Part shown: positions 23,501 through 38,100 of the stretch, piece after piece
How positions within the stretch are numbered: the stretch's first letter is position 1
Layout: each line of letters begins with the position of its first letter
Assembly: GCA_037379345.1 (NCBI GenBank)
Contig: CM074516.1
Span: 43,127,626-43,191,625 of the forward strand
Direction: 5' to 3'
DNA: 64,000 nucleotides
Source: Perna viridis
Lineage: Eukaryota
The notes under the pieces: generated by a model
What the model was told of the DNA's origin: nothing
The model's input: only the letters and a program-made list of their open reading frames with translations
The model's database searches: none
Program-made: the position numbers and the translations under genes

Positions 23501-26500
23501 TTAATCTTGCGTCTAATCTTTTTCAGGTTTTTCTCTTCCTGTTTGGTTAGTGGAAGTTTTGTTGGTACAGGGTAGCCCTCAGAAATTAACGTTCTCTTTT
23601 CTTCTTCTGATAAAATTAGCACTCCTGATTGTGGTATCTGTAAATGGCAAGACAAACCATTCAAAATATGTCATAAAACAAGGTTATTTCCCTTTCAATC
23701 AACCAGGGATATTTTGCAATTATACTATTCTGTTAACTTTTTTAAGTAACAATACACATTCCTAAGATACTGTGAAAAAATAGAACTTGCTTGGTTCTTT
23801 TGCCCTATGAAATTTGCTATCTACCACAGGCAACAATTCAATTTGTATTCCTGACGTTCAAGCCCACAATACTAATGTAATACTTCCAATACTATACAAT
23901 ATAAAATGCAGTTTCAATACAAGTTTTCTCTTATTTACAATTTACATGTACTTACTGGATTTGTAAAGAATGGCTGTGAGTATGGCTTTGATGACGGTGA
24001 TGAGGATGAACAATGGGATGATTTCTGTGGCATGTGACGAACTGGACTAGAAGGTGCCGATCGTTGAGGGCTTAGACCACCATCACTGTCACTACAGGAA
24101 CTGCTAGGTGGCGTGGGTGGTAGTGGTAGGGAATCAACATTAACTGAAATAAAATATTATCTTATGACATTTGCTGAGTAATTGGTCCCAAAAAAATGAC
24201 ACATAAAGAAGATTTTGATCTAGGATCAATAAAGCATTTTTAAACAAAGCTGTTTGTTTTTTTCTTTTCGCAGGTCTATCTATAGTTCGTTTATCTGCTA
24301 CATCATTTTAAAATACTTTCAGCTGAAAAAAAAAAAAAAAAAAAACTGCAAAGCTTTCTGGTGATAGATCTGATAAGTGATTTTCAGACTCAAATTTACA
24401 GTAACAAGCTGTCCGTGAAGTAAACTTGTAAAAAGAAAATAACAAATCGCCAAACTCTTGTAAAAACCACTAATTCATACTTTACATATTCCTGGTAAAA
24501 TTACATGATGAATGATATTGGTTTACATATTACATATTCATTGTAACCCTATATCAAGTAAGGTCATTTCAAGTAGTGAATTACAACTTGCCTTACTTGT
24601 GGAAGGGATGTAATACACAGATCAAGTACCAATATTTGTCAATATTTATTACATAGCACATCAACTTGTCCTTCAAAACGGCAGATTTTGTATTCCTTTA
24701 CAGATCAAGGACTCGGTAATGTTACAGTCTTGTGTCATCAAATATCTTTAAAACAGGCAGTCTTTCAAATATATTTTAGCAGCTGAAATTGCCATAAATG
24801 TCCGAGTGAAATAGATAGAAGTGTCATGTCATGTTTGCCTGGTGTAAGAAAAAGGAGTCTTATCCAACTTGATATCAATATAAAAGTCTTGCATGCTCCC
24901 CAGAAGACCAGATATTGAGATCAAGGCCTCTCATGCAAATGTATGATTATTATACATGTATGTACAGCATTTTTCATATCAGTCCCATTGTACTTTCCTC
25001 ACAAATATAAATTAATCTATATTTTCATTTTACCACTTTAAAAAATCCTCCACACCTGTTATGTTGATCAAGCTTTAATTTTATGACCATGAGGTTGACA
25101 TGATGTTAAATTTCTCAGACAGAACTTTTTAAAAAGTTTTTATCCTCACCATAAGGTACACATCTCATTTACTTAACAAGTAGTTATACATGTAATTTGA
25201 ATTTGAAATAAGAAAACATCATAAATGTGGACTGTACTTTCAACTTTCTCACTGAATTTAAATTTGTAATACAGCAAGGTAATAATACGGCATGACTTAA
25301 AAATTCAATAGCTAAGTGTCATAAAAATGATGGAATTTTTTTTATCTTGAATATAACATAGCCTTTGTTCTAGAACAGATCATTGTCACTTGAATTTTAG
25401 TAAGTCTGTACAGGATAAACTAAAGGTAAACGTAGATGGCAAATTTCAAATGCAAATGTTATGGGGCATACATTTGCAAAGTAACATTTAATTTTCTTAG
25501 ACATTTTGACGAACATTTAAATGGTTTTGAATTGACAAAATATAATTACATGTAACTATGAAGAAATTGTGATTCACAAGAATTGACTCTGATGAACTAA
25601 CAAAACTTAGTAATTTATCTGATATTGATTTCAAAATCAAATAAATATAAAACTAAACACAAACAACTTGTTTATTTAGTTATCTCCCTTGTCATTTCAA
25701 TAATATATCATAATTAACTAGATCAAAAAGGAATTTAAAAAAATGTTATAGAACTGGAGGCAATATTCTCAAGATCATAAATCACCCTTTAAATACAAGT
25801 ATTGAGAATAAGATTAAGGATCCATATATCAAAATATCAAATTATTTTTCTTCCTAACACAATATTACATCTGAAATGGCAGGTTTATCTGTCTAATAAA
25901 ACCTTGTCGATTTTTGCTGAAGGCTATAATAACTTAAAAACTGTTGGATCACAAACAATGACCTTAAACAACTTTGACATGTATGTATGAGGAAAAACAA
26001 GTTATCATTTCAGCAAAACAGATATAAATATTATTTTTAGATTATTTCTCATGATAAACAACAATCTTTATAATTGCAATAGCTTCTGAATTTTGCCTTA
26101 CAGCAAGAAACTGATGGTCAAGTTACAAGGAGATCACAAGAAAATAACCAATAAAAACAACCAATTTATTAAGTATTTCTTCAACAATGTTTTACGTACT
26201 ATGCACTTTAATAGTAAACTATTTTATGTTGGTTTTAATTAATACTATTAATTCAGTTTCAGATATTTTTGTTGGGTTTCATAAGTTTCATGGGTAAAAG
26301 GTTATCAGCTGATTCACACTCCAGATGATTGCTATAATTATTGTATCATGATTTTGCACTTATAGGTACAGTATACAATGCACATACCAAGTGTGTGAAG
26401 CATACAACTACTGAACTACTTTGTATAATAGGTGTTAAGAGCTATAACAATAAGGAATTTGTAAATTATTTATCTGCTCATTAGCCTATTAAACCACACA

Positions 26501-29500
26501 CACACACACACACAAAAATGACAAGTCATTACTCAACATCACTACTATGTTCTGTCAAGTTTACTCAGGAAATATCATTACCTAATGCTTAATTACTATG
26601 AAGAAATCATTACTATGTCCAAAAGTTACTACATCTGCAATTAAAATTATTAATTTACACCACATATTCTAATTTCTAATTTTGTTTATCCTAATATAAG
26701 TATCCTATTTGCATGAATATATATATATATATATATTTAACTTTTAATTAAGGGTCTGTATTACCTCAAATGATATCACTCACTGTTCAGAAACGTGACA
26801 TACTAAAGATTCACCAAATCTCTTCTGATGTTTAAATCTGCAGTCTACCATATAGGTCATGAACTTCTCAAAGGTCGATATACTCAAATGATATATCAAA
26901 TATCCAAATTTTCTCTTTATGTAAAAAGAGTCTTGTTTGCTTAGTTTATGGAATATTTACCTGTGCCCTCAGAGTAATCTAGAAAGTCATGGGGTTCTGT
27001 TTTGATGGTGACGATTGGTGCCTGTTGAGAGATGACTTGATGTTCAACCTGTGTTGGTTGACTTTGAGTAGATGTTGCAAGGATGATGGTTGGTTGCTGT
27101 TTGATGGATGATCTTGTTGTTGTTGTAGTTATTGTTGGCAGTGGGGCTGGCTCTGATGGTTCGCTCTTTGGTGCTATGTTCAGAATGGACTGAGTTAAGT
27201 TGATACTCATTTCAGGTGTTGTCTTAGTTGGTGTGTTACCTGTGGTAGCCGATAAGTCCAGAGCTTGGTTGTTTCCAAAGAAATCAAGTTCTACAAAACA
27301 ATCATAAAATAGTATATTTTATGGTAATTCAAACACTGAAAATAATAAAATAAAATCATGATTAATTCATCCAAGATAAAAAAAAAAAAACAATGGAACA
27401 TATTAATAATAAAGATACATGTTTTTTTTTTTTTTTTTAAAGATATTATAAAAATGCACAAAATATTAGAAGACCTTGAAGCTAATAATTTGCATAATTT
27501 ATATTCTATCTGCTATACATTATCAAAATTATTTAAATTAAGAGAATTCATAGCTCATTAAAACTATAAAATTAATAATTAATATTACCATGTCATAAAA
27601 CCTTCATCAGTTTTTCTTAATGTCATGCATATATGTACATACATGTACATAAATTAAACCACACGTATAAAAATGTGTGTGTTTATTCACAAACATACAA
27701 TTCAGGTCAAAGTCTGTTTAACACTGTATAGCATTTAAACAAATATCAATAATTTGATACATGGTCTAGTTTTTGGTTTATTAAATAATTAATTACAATT
27801 TTCTGTACCAGTCTAATAACAGATGTAACACTATGTATAGAAGACACACGACTTAAGTTATATATACTATTACATTCTCATGATAAAGTATTTCACCTGT
27901 TTAATATGCACATGCAACTTTATAAGCTATTTGAGAGGAAATCAATCATCCAAAAAAGACCAATGAAATCACTGGCACATTCAAAAAAAAAAAAAGGTTG
28001 ATAATATTAGAAAAAGCTGGGAATAACCTCAGTGTCCCCCTTTGGAATTTCTAGATCAGCCACTGGAGATTGCAGATGATTTAAACCAGTATTTTATAAT
28101 TAACCTGTCTGTTGTATTTCACTTGTTAAGAACCATGTCTACTTGTAATTGCCAAAGTAAAAGTTTGTCTACCATACCTTCAATTTTGGTAAGTCCAAAT
28201 GGGGATTCAGGATCATTATTAGTGGTTGTAGAATAACTGTGTTCTGACCGTATTCTAGGTGTTGGTACTGCATCTGTTATCATTTTATCATTGAGGACTG
28301 GATCCTCAAAAAAACTATTTAACCAGTCATTATCCATGTAGTCGTCAGAACTCTGTAAATACAAAATGTCAGACAATTAAGTTTTGTACCAGAACAGGAA
28401 TGTCTTTGATATAACAAGTCTTTGTTTAAGGAACATGAATTAGAAATTTTGCTAAAAACAAACTATAAAAAATACATAAAGTGGTGGAACGAGTAAAATT
28501 TATATGTTATAAAACTTCAGATCAACTGTCTATGTCTACATGTCATTTTATTGTGTCATACACAAAATGAGTTGTTTTTTTCCTGTTTAACATGTCATAC
28601 ACTGATCATCTTTATTTAGACTTTTTCAGGCAAGTTGATATGATAATTTGATGTCACTAAATTTATCAAAACTTCCTCTGTGTTTTTTGGGAGGTACGCA
28701 ATATAAATGGGTCTATGTGAACCTTCAATACGAGTCTGATTGCATGAATCAGGTTAAAAAATTGGTAAACAAGTAAACTATATATTTTGCTGTAAACTAA
28801 CCCCCACAATACAGAGTGGTACAGAACAAAGTACAACAAACCACTTCTTGGGTCAGACCAATTATTGGGTTGGAGGTCCTCTTGTATATTAGGCTACTCA
28901 AGATATCAACTTTTAACTGTAAGCATGTGTACCTGTAGTTCTATAAGCTTTTTAAACATTGGTAAAATTTTAAGTTCCTATTTATTGATCAGAATTGAAC
29001 AATAGGAAAGTTAAGAGGAAGAGATCAATCTAGTTAACTCATTGTTAAGAACCTGGTTTAAAACTACTCTTACTATAGACTTGTGTAACCTCATGACCTT
29101 CCATAATAAGACAAGTCCAAAATCTCAAACAGAGTTCATGAACATCTTGAGAACACATCTAACTCCAACCTTACAATTAACAAATATCTAGGAATATGAT
29201 TTATGACTACAAGTTTCTAATCTTCAGGATGTAGTGTATGAACAGGAAACCCCCTTTTTTATTTATCATGGTCTGGAACAAATTAAATCAGGATACAAAA
29301 GTACTTTTCACAGCTCCTTCATCCTGCTTTTTACTATAAACAACCTTTGTTTTCACACTTCGTCTGACCTATTTCCTACTTGGACATCAGACACATCAGG
29401 TTACAAGCACATGTAATAGATATATCACCTTCCATTAGGGATAAAGATAAGAAAATGTGTAATTCTCAGTATCTTTTAACTTATCAAAACTTGCATGTTA

Positions 29501-32500
29501 TGAGTTATAGCTGTAGGTACAAATGTACCATTTCCATGTGTAAACAATACTACCATCTTCCACAAAACCTCTTTTTCATAATACTTGCATCAATGGTATT
29601 TAAACTGGCATAAAAATAGAAAAGGGTGGAGCAATAAGTGCAACAACTACATACAAGTAGGAACAAAAACCTAAAGTTTGTTTCAATATTAAATAATCAC
29701 AAACTCAAATGACTTGGACAAAGAAAAAAGGTACCTCCCTACATAAATTACAAGATTCAATAATGTCTTTCTAAAGATTTTTACATCATTTTAACCCTGC
29801 TTGATTTCCCACAGGTATCAATTTGTTATTAAAACAACTTTAGGGGATATCAAGTCTACAGTCCAATGAATTGCATATAGGATCGGCAAATTTGACTATT
29901 TGTTCAAAAACTCATTGAATTAAATCAGAAATTTAAACAGTCCATTTATTAACACCAAACAGCAAGTTCATGATGTTTGTGCTAGTCATGTTTTGGAAAC
30001 GTCACACCATGTCTGTGACGCAAGTTTGGAGAGAAAATACATCACGATTGAAAATCTTCCCATTTATAACAAAAACTATTATTTTCTATTTTAAGAAGGG
30101 ATTTGATTTAAATGTTCAACTCAGACCATTTTTAACTAACACTCTGTCAGTATTAGGTATCCAATTTACAATATCAGAAGATATAAAATATAGAACTGTT
30201 TTCTTTTATAATTTTAAAGGTTAATTTGTAGAACTGTCATGAATACTACTGTCCATGCCACACTTAATTCACACAAGCTCAAAATACATGTACATTGTCA
30301 ATGCTTTTACAGTACAAGTAAACAAAAATCCATTTACATTAAATAAATCAGTACATACTTTGCAATAACAAGTTTGTTTTCAAATGTTTTACAATCATAC
30401 TAAATACCAGTGTAAAATGTATTAAACCATCCAATTATTATTCCAAGAGATAAAATGATCTAATTACATGTACTTCTGGAAATATTAACAGGTCTTCATC
30501 CACTTCCATTTTCTCATTTCATAACAGTGAATAATATCCTTTAAATGTGAATATATAAATGGTGTTCAAAACAGTAAGGTCCCCCTATATGAACAGGAAT
30601 ACTCTAGCCTTAGGGGTGGGGTTACTATTGATCTCAATCAAAATGCCATCCATTAATCTTATTGAATTCCCACAGCACTAAGGTTATTGTCTTGTAAGTA
30701 ATTACAATGTCAATTAAAATAACTTGGGGGTTAAGGTCAACACTTAAACAAAGGTAAAAGGTCAAACAAACAGAATATTTTAAGTAATTTTGAAAACACT
30801 GTTATCATCTTTGCTGAGAATGTTATCTTTTAATCCTGATTAAATAAACAAAAGTCATGTACTGTTACACAGTATGTAAAAACATATGACTTTTGTATTG
30901 TGTAAACTCTGCCGATACTTGATTACAAGGAAATTGAATAAACCTTTGAACATGAGATAACATCACAAATAATTGATGAATATTGATGAAATAATGACAG
31001 AAATAATAGAGTTATCTCCCTGTATTAAAACAGAAAATAAATGAACAATTACTTGTTATTTTACCACTGTTCATGAAAATACTTATACAGTATCAAACCT
31101 GTTTTTTGGAAGTTAGGATAATGACTTTATAATCCTTAACACCATTGATACAACCACCTTTTGGAAATAACACATTATTTATTCCTCTAACAACATAAAT
31201 TCAAGGGAAGATTTAACATCAGAAAAACTTCATTCATTTAATAATAATCCATCAAAACAAGAAATAACAAAAATTCTATTAATTAACCATAAAGAAGTCC
31301 ACTATGTCATCCATTGTTTCAAACATGGCTGGCCAATATCCTTAACAAGATTACAGAAGGTCTCAAAAATCTTCATTCCATATTGATCAAAATTATCTCT
31401 GTTGCGTCAGCTTGCCAGCTTGGATTTGCCAACTCACATCTTGCAACTAGAGACTCTATAAATTCAGTGTTCCCTATTATATATATCTTTTGTGAAAACC
31501 TTAGCAATACAAAAGTTTATTGGACAACAATAAATATCAATATATATATATATCAGTCCCCTGTTTGATAAAACCTGGTGACAGCTGGTTTGACTTAGGA
31601 ACTAGATATCAATTTCCTTGCAAAACTCAAATGCAACTGTACACAAGGTTTATAAATGGTTTTATCGTGAATGATGTACAGGTGAACAAACTAACGTTCT
31701 CCCTCTTTCTCTGGACATACAACAAGAACAAGTAGGAGAATGTTATAGATCATGACAAAAAAAATAAGTTGCAAAAAAAAAAAACAAACAAACAAAATAC
31801 ATTCTGTAACTCCACATTAACCACTTGTGTAGCAGACATTCTCCAGTCATGGTAGACTTGAATTACAGATCTTTATCAGAACATTGACCTTGTTCTTTTG
31901 TTTCATCTGGTATACTGTACAATCACAGCATGATACATTCTCTCACTCTCACAAGTAATTCAATTACTTTTAATTTATAGCACCATTCTCACAGAGTTGA
32001 ATGACTAAGCATGTATACTGAATTTTTTTCATTTTTATATTTAAATCTGTATATTAGTAAACTGCTTCTCAGTGGTTTTATCAACAATATTCCACATATT
32101 CAATATTCAGTATAGGGAACCAACTTTTTTTTTAAAAACATAAATATGTATAAAGCTCTAAAACTGCATAATTTGTTCTATGGAAAACTCCTGAAACCAA
32201 TAATTCTTGTTATTGATTTAACATATTATATATGTTCAATCAAAACTGTTGTATGTAAAAAAAAATTGTACTGTAATCATGCCCTTTATGGGCCCTTTAT
32301 TGGTGAATAAACAGTTCTTCTTCTTCTTCTATAACAGAATGTATAAACATGTAGGAGGAGGGACTGTAAACTTCAAATGTTAGCATGAAAAGCTATTGGC
32401 TAGTACTTTGTCCTAAAAGTGAAAACTTACACATGATTGAGAGCGCATTCTATATTTCCATTGTTTTAGCGACATGATACACCAGATGACATGTCCCACA

Positions 32501-35500
32501 CATAAGAGGTGTGTGAACCTGATAAGATACATATATTATACTGACATAGAAATCACCTGTAGTTTACCATTTGATAAACATTACCAACTACTGACAAACT
32601 GTCAAAACTATTCAAAAGGTGTTGAAATTCCCAACAATTTTTTTTTTAAATCTCAGTTTTTTTGCAATTGTTTACATGTAGTTTACTAGTATCTAGTAGT
32701 GTATCTTAGGATTCAATTTTACAGTAAGAAGTAGACTTGAAATATTTTATAGAATTATGTCATAATTGTTATAATATTACATGCAAGGTCTAGGAAGAAA
32801 CTGAACTAAATGACATGCACAAAAATCAGTTAAACCTTGTGGTTATGGTATACATGTCAGAGTACAAGTAGTATCACTTGAGAAATTAGACTTCTCTCTT
32901 ACATGTACTGCGATCTTTGTTCCTCAACAACAGTAAATAAATATTGTAAACAAATTTGCACATTAATCTTTTCAACTTATCAATGTTTCTACATAGGTTT
33001 AGCAGAATCAAGGATATATTGAGAAATATTATATTGTTCCTTTATCAGTTATAATCAGCACCAAAACTCTTTAGCAACAAAATAAAAAAAGGGAGAAAAA
33101 TCAATCAAACTGACCCTACATATACCAAACCAAAACATAAATTATTTAGAATACATGTACATGTACCTGTTCTGTGTGATTCTAAGTATATATATTACTT
33201 AGAAAATGACTTGTAACTGGTTATATCTGTTGATAAAATAAAAAATGGGAAAACCTGAAAATTTATGTTTTCTCTGCTCAAGTAAACAGTATAAAAAAGC
33301 AACAATTTTGAAGGGTACCATTAGTCCAGGGTACTTAGGGTTTATTCTGAAGCTATGATTGAAATGTCAGTGTATTTATATACTACCATGGATATTCATC
33401 ATCATTAAAATTCAGTTGCTTTTCGTTTCAATGTCACTTCTTATATACATGATCTAAAAGCAAGTTTTCATCACCACACAAGATTAATTTTGTCTTTTGT
33501 GCTTTAAATTGGTACTAAAAAAAGTTTTCTTACCCTTAATTCTATTTTCAGATATGAAAACAGGATCTGAATGGATAAGAATTAGGCAATGGTTTATCCC
33601 CATAAATCACACTGACTTGAAAGGATCCATGAACACTAAATGGAGTATTTATAAAAGTGCTCATTTCTTTATCAAATATCTGTGTATCAGTCAAGAATCC
33701 CAGGTTTCAATTAAAACATGTAGGATAATGTCTTTGACATTTAATGATAATTAGCTTGCATTAAGAAAATGGAAATCCCCTAAAAGATAAAGAACCTGTT
33801 GAATCAGATTACCCTGTACATAAAATAATTATGATCTTAATGACATACATGTACTGTATACGTGCATGTTTTTAGCTCCTGAACAACAATAAATCAGTGT
33901 GGTAAAATATAAGATTTCAAGACAAAACAACACTGAAACAATTTTTATTTTTTACTACACTACTAGATAGCTTCTTGTACTTTTATTACTAGTATTGTAA
34001 AATACATTTAAGTAGTAGATATCATTTGGGTGATTTTTGTTTTTAAACTTTAGTTCAAAAAGGAAGATAAATGCATGGTACCATGCCAAACTTCAAAGGA
34101 AATACTCAGATCTTATCATTTTAGACCTAGTGAACAGTTTCACACCTGTGTGTCAACTACCCAAATACAACATAAAATGGTGTGCAAATCAAAAACTAGG
34201 AAGGGGATTTCCTAATTATTTTCAGTAATGGGTAGATGGGTTCACAAAACCACCTTTTAGCAGAACAATTAACATTTGAGCTGCCAAAACAATAATAATA
34301 ATGATAAGGTTGTCATACAATCTAACTTAAAGCTTTATTGCTTCATTGTAAGCTGTTACTTTCTCACAAAATGTCAACATTCATTTTGTAATGTTTTTAT
34401 CACAGTTGTCAGTTTCACTTTGCAGAAACAAGTTTTCAACATGTTCTGAATTAAATACACATGGAAATTTGTGATATATTGCACTTCTGTTTAACAAATA
34501 ATTCCAACCAAATCTTAACATGCAAAACCACTTTGTGGTGGGTTTGACAAGGTAAAAAATGTCTGCACTGAGACTTAAAAAAACAGTTCCTGTTAATGTA
34601 CAAATTGTCTAGACTTAAATCTGAATTAACAGGAGCAGTAATGCTGACAGAACTTAAACTTGGATTTATGTATAATATTATTTTTGAATTTTGAACTCCC
34701 AATCTAATTTTCCTGCACTCCAAACTGAAATACTGATAATGCTACAACGTAGTACTATAGGGCTAGGTCACATCTGAAACTCCAAACTAGTAAGCAGGCA
34801 TTGTAGGAAGCCCTAAAGGAGTCCTTAATTCATAATGAATCAACATCATCAACCTGTCTGGGGCTTACCAAAACAAAGACTCATCCAAATGGTCTGAATC
34901 ACACTTCAGTGTAGTAATTATGACTTACTGCAATAGCAATGTGTGATAGGAAACTACTACTTTGCACTATGTTGAAAGATAGCCAGAAGATAATCACATG
35001 TTTATTTACATATCAACAGTCGATTCTGAGAGGCAGTGATGGTCAATCTAATAGGTCAAAGGACAAATGTCTAAAATTTAATGACCAATGTATGTGCTGT
35101 TGATATATTGGTCACTTACCACCTGTCTAATAGCAATATGTTGCATGCTTAATGTGATTTGTGTGTGATGTTTATTTTAAACCATTATCCCAAAAGGGAG
35201 AAACAAACATGCAAGCTGCTCTACAAAAATTATGTTAGACAAGCCTCATTTATAATTCAAGAATAGTTAAATTAAAATACATGTGTAAATGTAAAAACAA
35301 AATTGTTACATGTATTTTGAAAACTTACGTTTCTAAATAAAGTATAAGCAGTAAACCCTATTTCATTTCACAAATCAAGCCTAACATAAATTGAACTATC
35401 ACTTTATTCAGTTAAATAACATTATTTATAAATAAATTTGGCCTAAACCTTTATTCCTTTTTTTTATTAAACAGACATGACAGGCAAATTAATACATGTA

Positions 35501-37125
35501 AGAGTACAGGTACATTTTTGTAAATGCATTTAAGACATTGTAAAGTCTGTCACACACATAAAAAAAAAATAATTTGATAAACTCATATTCAAACTTTATG
35601 AAAAACCATACCCTTTCATCAATGTGCATCATGAAGATTAATTAGAGTTAAGTCAAGATAAAAAACATGTTCTGACAAAATAATGCATCATACACCTATG
35701 TTGTTCTCTTAATGAGTATAAATCATTCTATTTGCAGACAGTTTTTTTTATGGTCTTTTACAATCAAATTTCCTCCTACAACAAAAGTTGTCTAGGAATT
35801 ATGTCCATTGTAGATAATGGACTCTCAGTCTCATAATTTCAACAAGGGTGACAATCACATATCATTCAGTGATAGAAATAAGAGCTCTATCTCAGCCTAC
35901 ATGTAAACTACCTTGTAATGCTTTGCCAGGGGCCAAATTCAGGAGTTTCCCTACACCAAAGTTCATTTTTAAATCGTTAAGTCTTAAGTTTTCACAGTTA
36001 CACATCCCTAGTGATGAGTTATTGTACTTTTAAAAGGTTATGGTGAGGCAAGTCTTGATTTTTTAATGATCTAAATTTTATTTACTGGGTATTTCACGCA
36101 ATCTTTATGTTCTATCATAAAAGTATAATCTGGATATTATACTTCCATGGTTCTATTTAGGAGACTAAGGAGAAAAAATATGAAATTGACAATAAGTATT
36201 CTTAATACCCTATTTTTTTTCTTCTGTATTGTTTCCAAATTACAAATTTATAGCAGTTATACAAACTGCAATTCCAATATTACCTGTTGCTAAACAGGTG
36301 AACATATTCTTTATATTACCTGAAGGCACCAAGACATCACCTATGATGCAATATGTCAATAATAACAAATAATGGGTCCTCACTTGTCACCTTATACAAG
36401 TTTGCTTTTAAGGTCAATAGTCTTTGAACTGGTCAAGAGATGCAGCACATAATGAAACTCTTCTGTTATTGTCACAATCTTTTGTTTCGAAAATTTCAAT
36501 ATGAAACACTAATAAATATAGAAATTTCCAAGTAGGAAGTCTTAGTTTCTATTCTCAGATTTAGAAGGCATTTAAGTCTAACAGGATCACAAACCTTCCT
36601 GTTACCATTTATACATTCAAAACATGCTTTTCTATGCTATTTAAATAACGAAACGGGAGAATGCAGCTGGTCATGGAGTTAAATATTATCTTGATAATAA
36701 CTGGCCCTTCACATGACGAGGTCAATTCTAAAGACTACACCACTGGCTTTCTTATTCGTTTTTTTTCGACATCATTTCACACATTGAAAATACCACTCAT
36801 CCGTAACTGTCAAAAGATGGGCGTGTTACCACATATTTGAAAAACCATATGGAGTTTAATCACGTTTTTGGGGCCGGTTTTACATTTTTTTTGTAAATAC
36901 AGCGACCTAGTTGCACTCTTTTCACGTCTGTTCGATGGTACTCAAGTAGAAACGCAATTTTTAACAATCATGCTTTTGAAATCAGTGTGTACCGTAAACC
37001 CATATGGATAAAATTTACATCCTTACCATAGAAGAGGGGGAGTGAAAAGCGTCGTTGTCCAGTATGTCACACATGTTATCTTCCAAGTCGCCGAGTTTTT
37101 GGTCACTTTCGTATAGCAAGTCCAT
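20233..37125 (-). CDS. CREB3L2: CREB3-like (OASIS/BBF2H7/CrebA-type) ER-membrane-tethered bZIP transcription factor, spliced gene, 560 aa
   Basis: Exons 37027-37125, 28178-28352, 26961-27290, 23956-24143, 23494-23637, 22641-22856, 21073-21265 and 20233-20570, phases compatible (1683 nt). Motifs: acidic N-terminus, [45 protein letters not shown] adjacent to the bZIP, b[33 protein letters not shown] segment [15 protein letters not shown], luminal RVLL. Probably a co-ortholog of CREB3L1 and CREB3L2, so the symbol is approximate. Confidence 0.92.
21073..21265 (-). CDS. CREB3L2: CREB3L exon 7 (transmembrane segment)
   Basis: [13 protein letters not shown]...AYTTPN; GTGAGT donor. Confidence 0.9.
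22641..22856 (-). CDS. CREB3L2: CREB3L exon 6 (basic region end and leucine zipper)
   Basis: [53 protein letters not shown]...TGTVLM. Confidence 0.95.
23494..23637 (-). CDS. CREB3L2: CREB3L exon 5 (ATB region and basic region)
   Basis: [48 protein letters not shown]. Confidence 0.95.
23956..24143 (-). CDS. CREB3L2: CREB3L exon 4
   Basis: [34 protein letters not shown]...FFTNP. Confidence 0.93.
26961..27290 (-). CDS. CREB3L2: CREB3L exon 3
   Basis: [14 protein letters not shown]...[15 protein letters not shown]; 330 nt open, phase 1 to phase 1. Confidence 0.88.
28178..28352 (-). CDS. CREB3L2: CREB3L exon 2
   Basis: [25 protein letters not shown]...RSEHSYS...[10 protein letters not shown]. 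Confidence 0.92.
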
Positions 37126-38100
37126 GGTCGGAAGTCCCAGGAGGTCTCCTAAAACACCTCGGGGGATGGGTCGTTTTCCGTGGGTCAGCCGCCTGTGAAT
37201 TTCTTACTCCTTTCCTTACTCGCCAGTGCTGTCTGTTAGCTAAACAACCTTATTACAAACCACGTGAATCATTCCACCAATAAAATTAGTTTTTCTCAGT
37301 TCGAATCAAAATAGATTATTCAAGCTGTTACGAGTATTTTATGAAATCCATACTGCAAAAAAGAATGACGCACTTATATAAACAAAATGTATAGATCGAT
37401 TTTAAGAGTTAATGTGTGTGTTTTTTTATAGATAATCTTGCAAGCGAAGGGATATATAGGGAATAACCTTTAGGTCAAGTTTAGTAGAACGTCATGCTTA
37501 GACTGACCAATGAAAAGATGGGATAAATATTATTGAGCAAACCACCTGTTTTGACTGATAATGAACGGCGTGCTTACAAATAAGTAACGCATAAAATGTT
37601 TATATATTTTCTTTATTTTGTTTGTGTTAGTTGCCTATATCGTTGTTTTTCGATGACCATTGAAATATTCCCACTTTTAGGGCAGTATTTACTGATCGTG
37701 GAGTCTGTTCGTTCATACACAATTTTTGTCAGTGATTTTTGTAGCCATTCGATATTTTGATATGACATCTAGATTTTTTTTTCACAAATTCTGCCTCAAA
37801 ATTTCAGTCAGCATCGCATCGCTCGACTTAAATTCTATTTACGCCCTACTCCCTCCGCCATAACCTTACCTGACATCCTTGGCTGGATCGACCCCAGCTG
37901 TTTTACCAGTATTTACTGTATATGTCGTTACAACAAATGATAGAACGTAATAAATCTCATAAAAGCATATTCTTTTAGTGTAAGTTTACAGGGCTAAGCT
38001 GTAGCAGACTGGGAAGGAAGATCTGAACGTTTCGCAGTTCGGGCCACTCTAATACGTCTTTGATAGGGGTGCCGATGGGATTAATATATGTAACCCCAAC
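36650..38100 (-). promoter_or_regulatory. CpG-retaining promoter region of the CREB3L gene
   Basis: Visible CpG enrichment relative to the gene body; CCACGTG at 37260-37266; CCAAT at 37277-37281 and 37506-37510. Confidence 0.6.
37027..37125 (-). CDS. CREB3L2: CREB3L first coding exon
   Basis: ACCATGG start context; [33 protein letters not shown]; ATG|GTAAGG donor; lies in a CpG-retaining region. Confidence 0.82.

Noticed and set aside
26765-26837. Poison exon in CREB3L intron 3
   Set aside because: The donor is good but the acceptor lacks a pyrimidine tract, and there is no other support.
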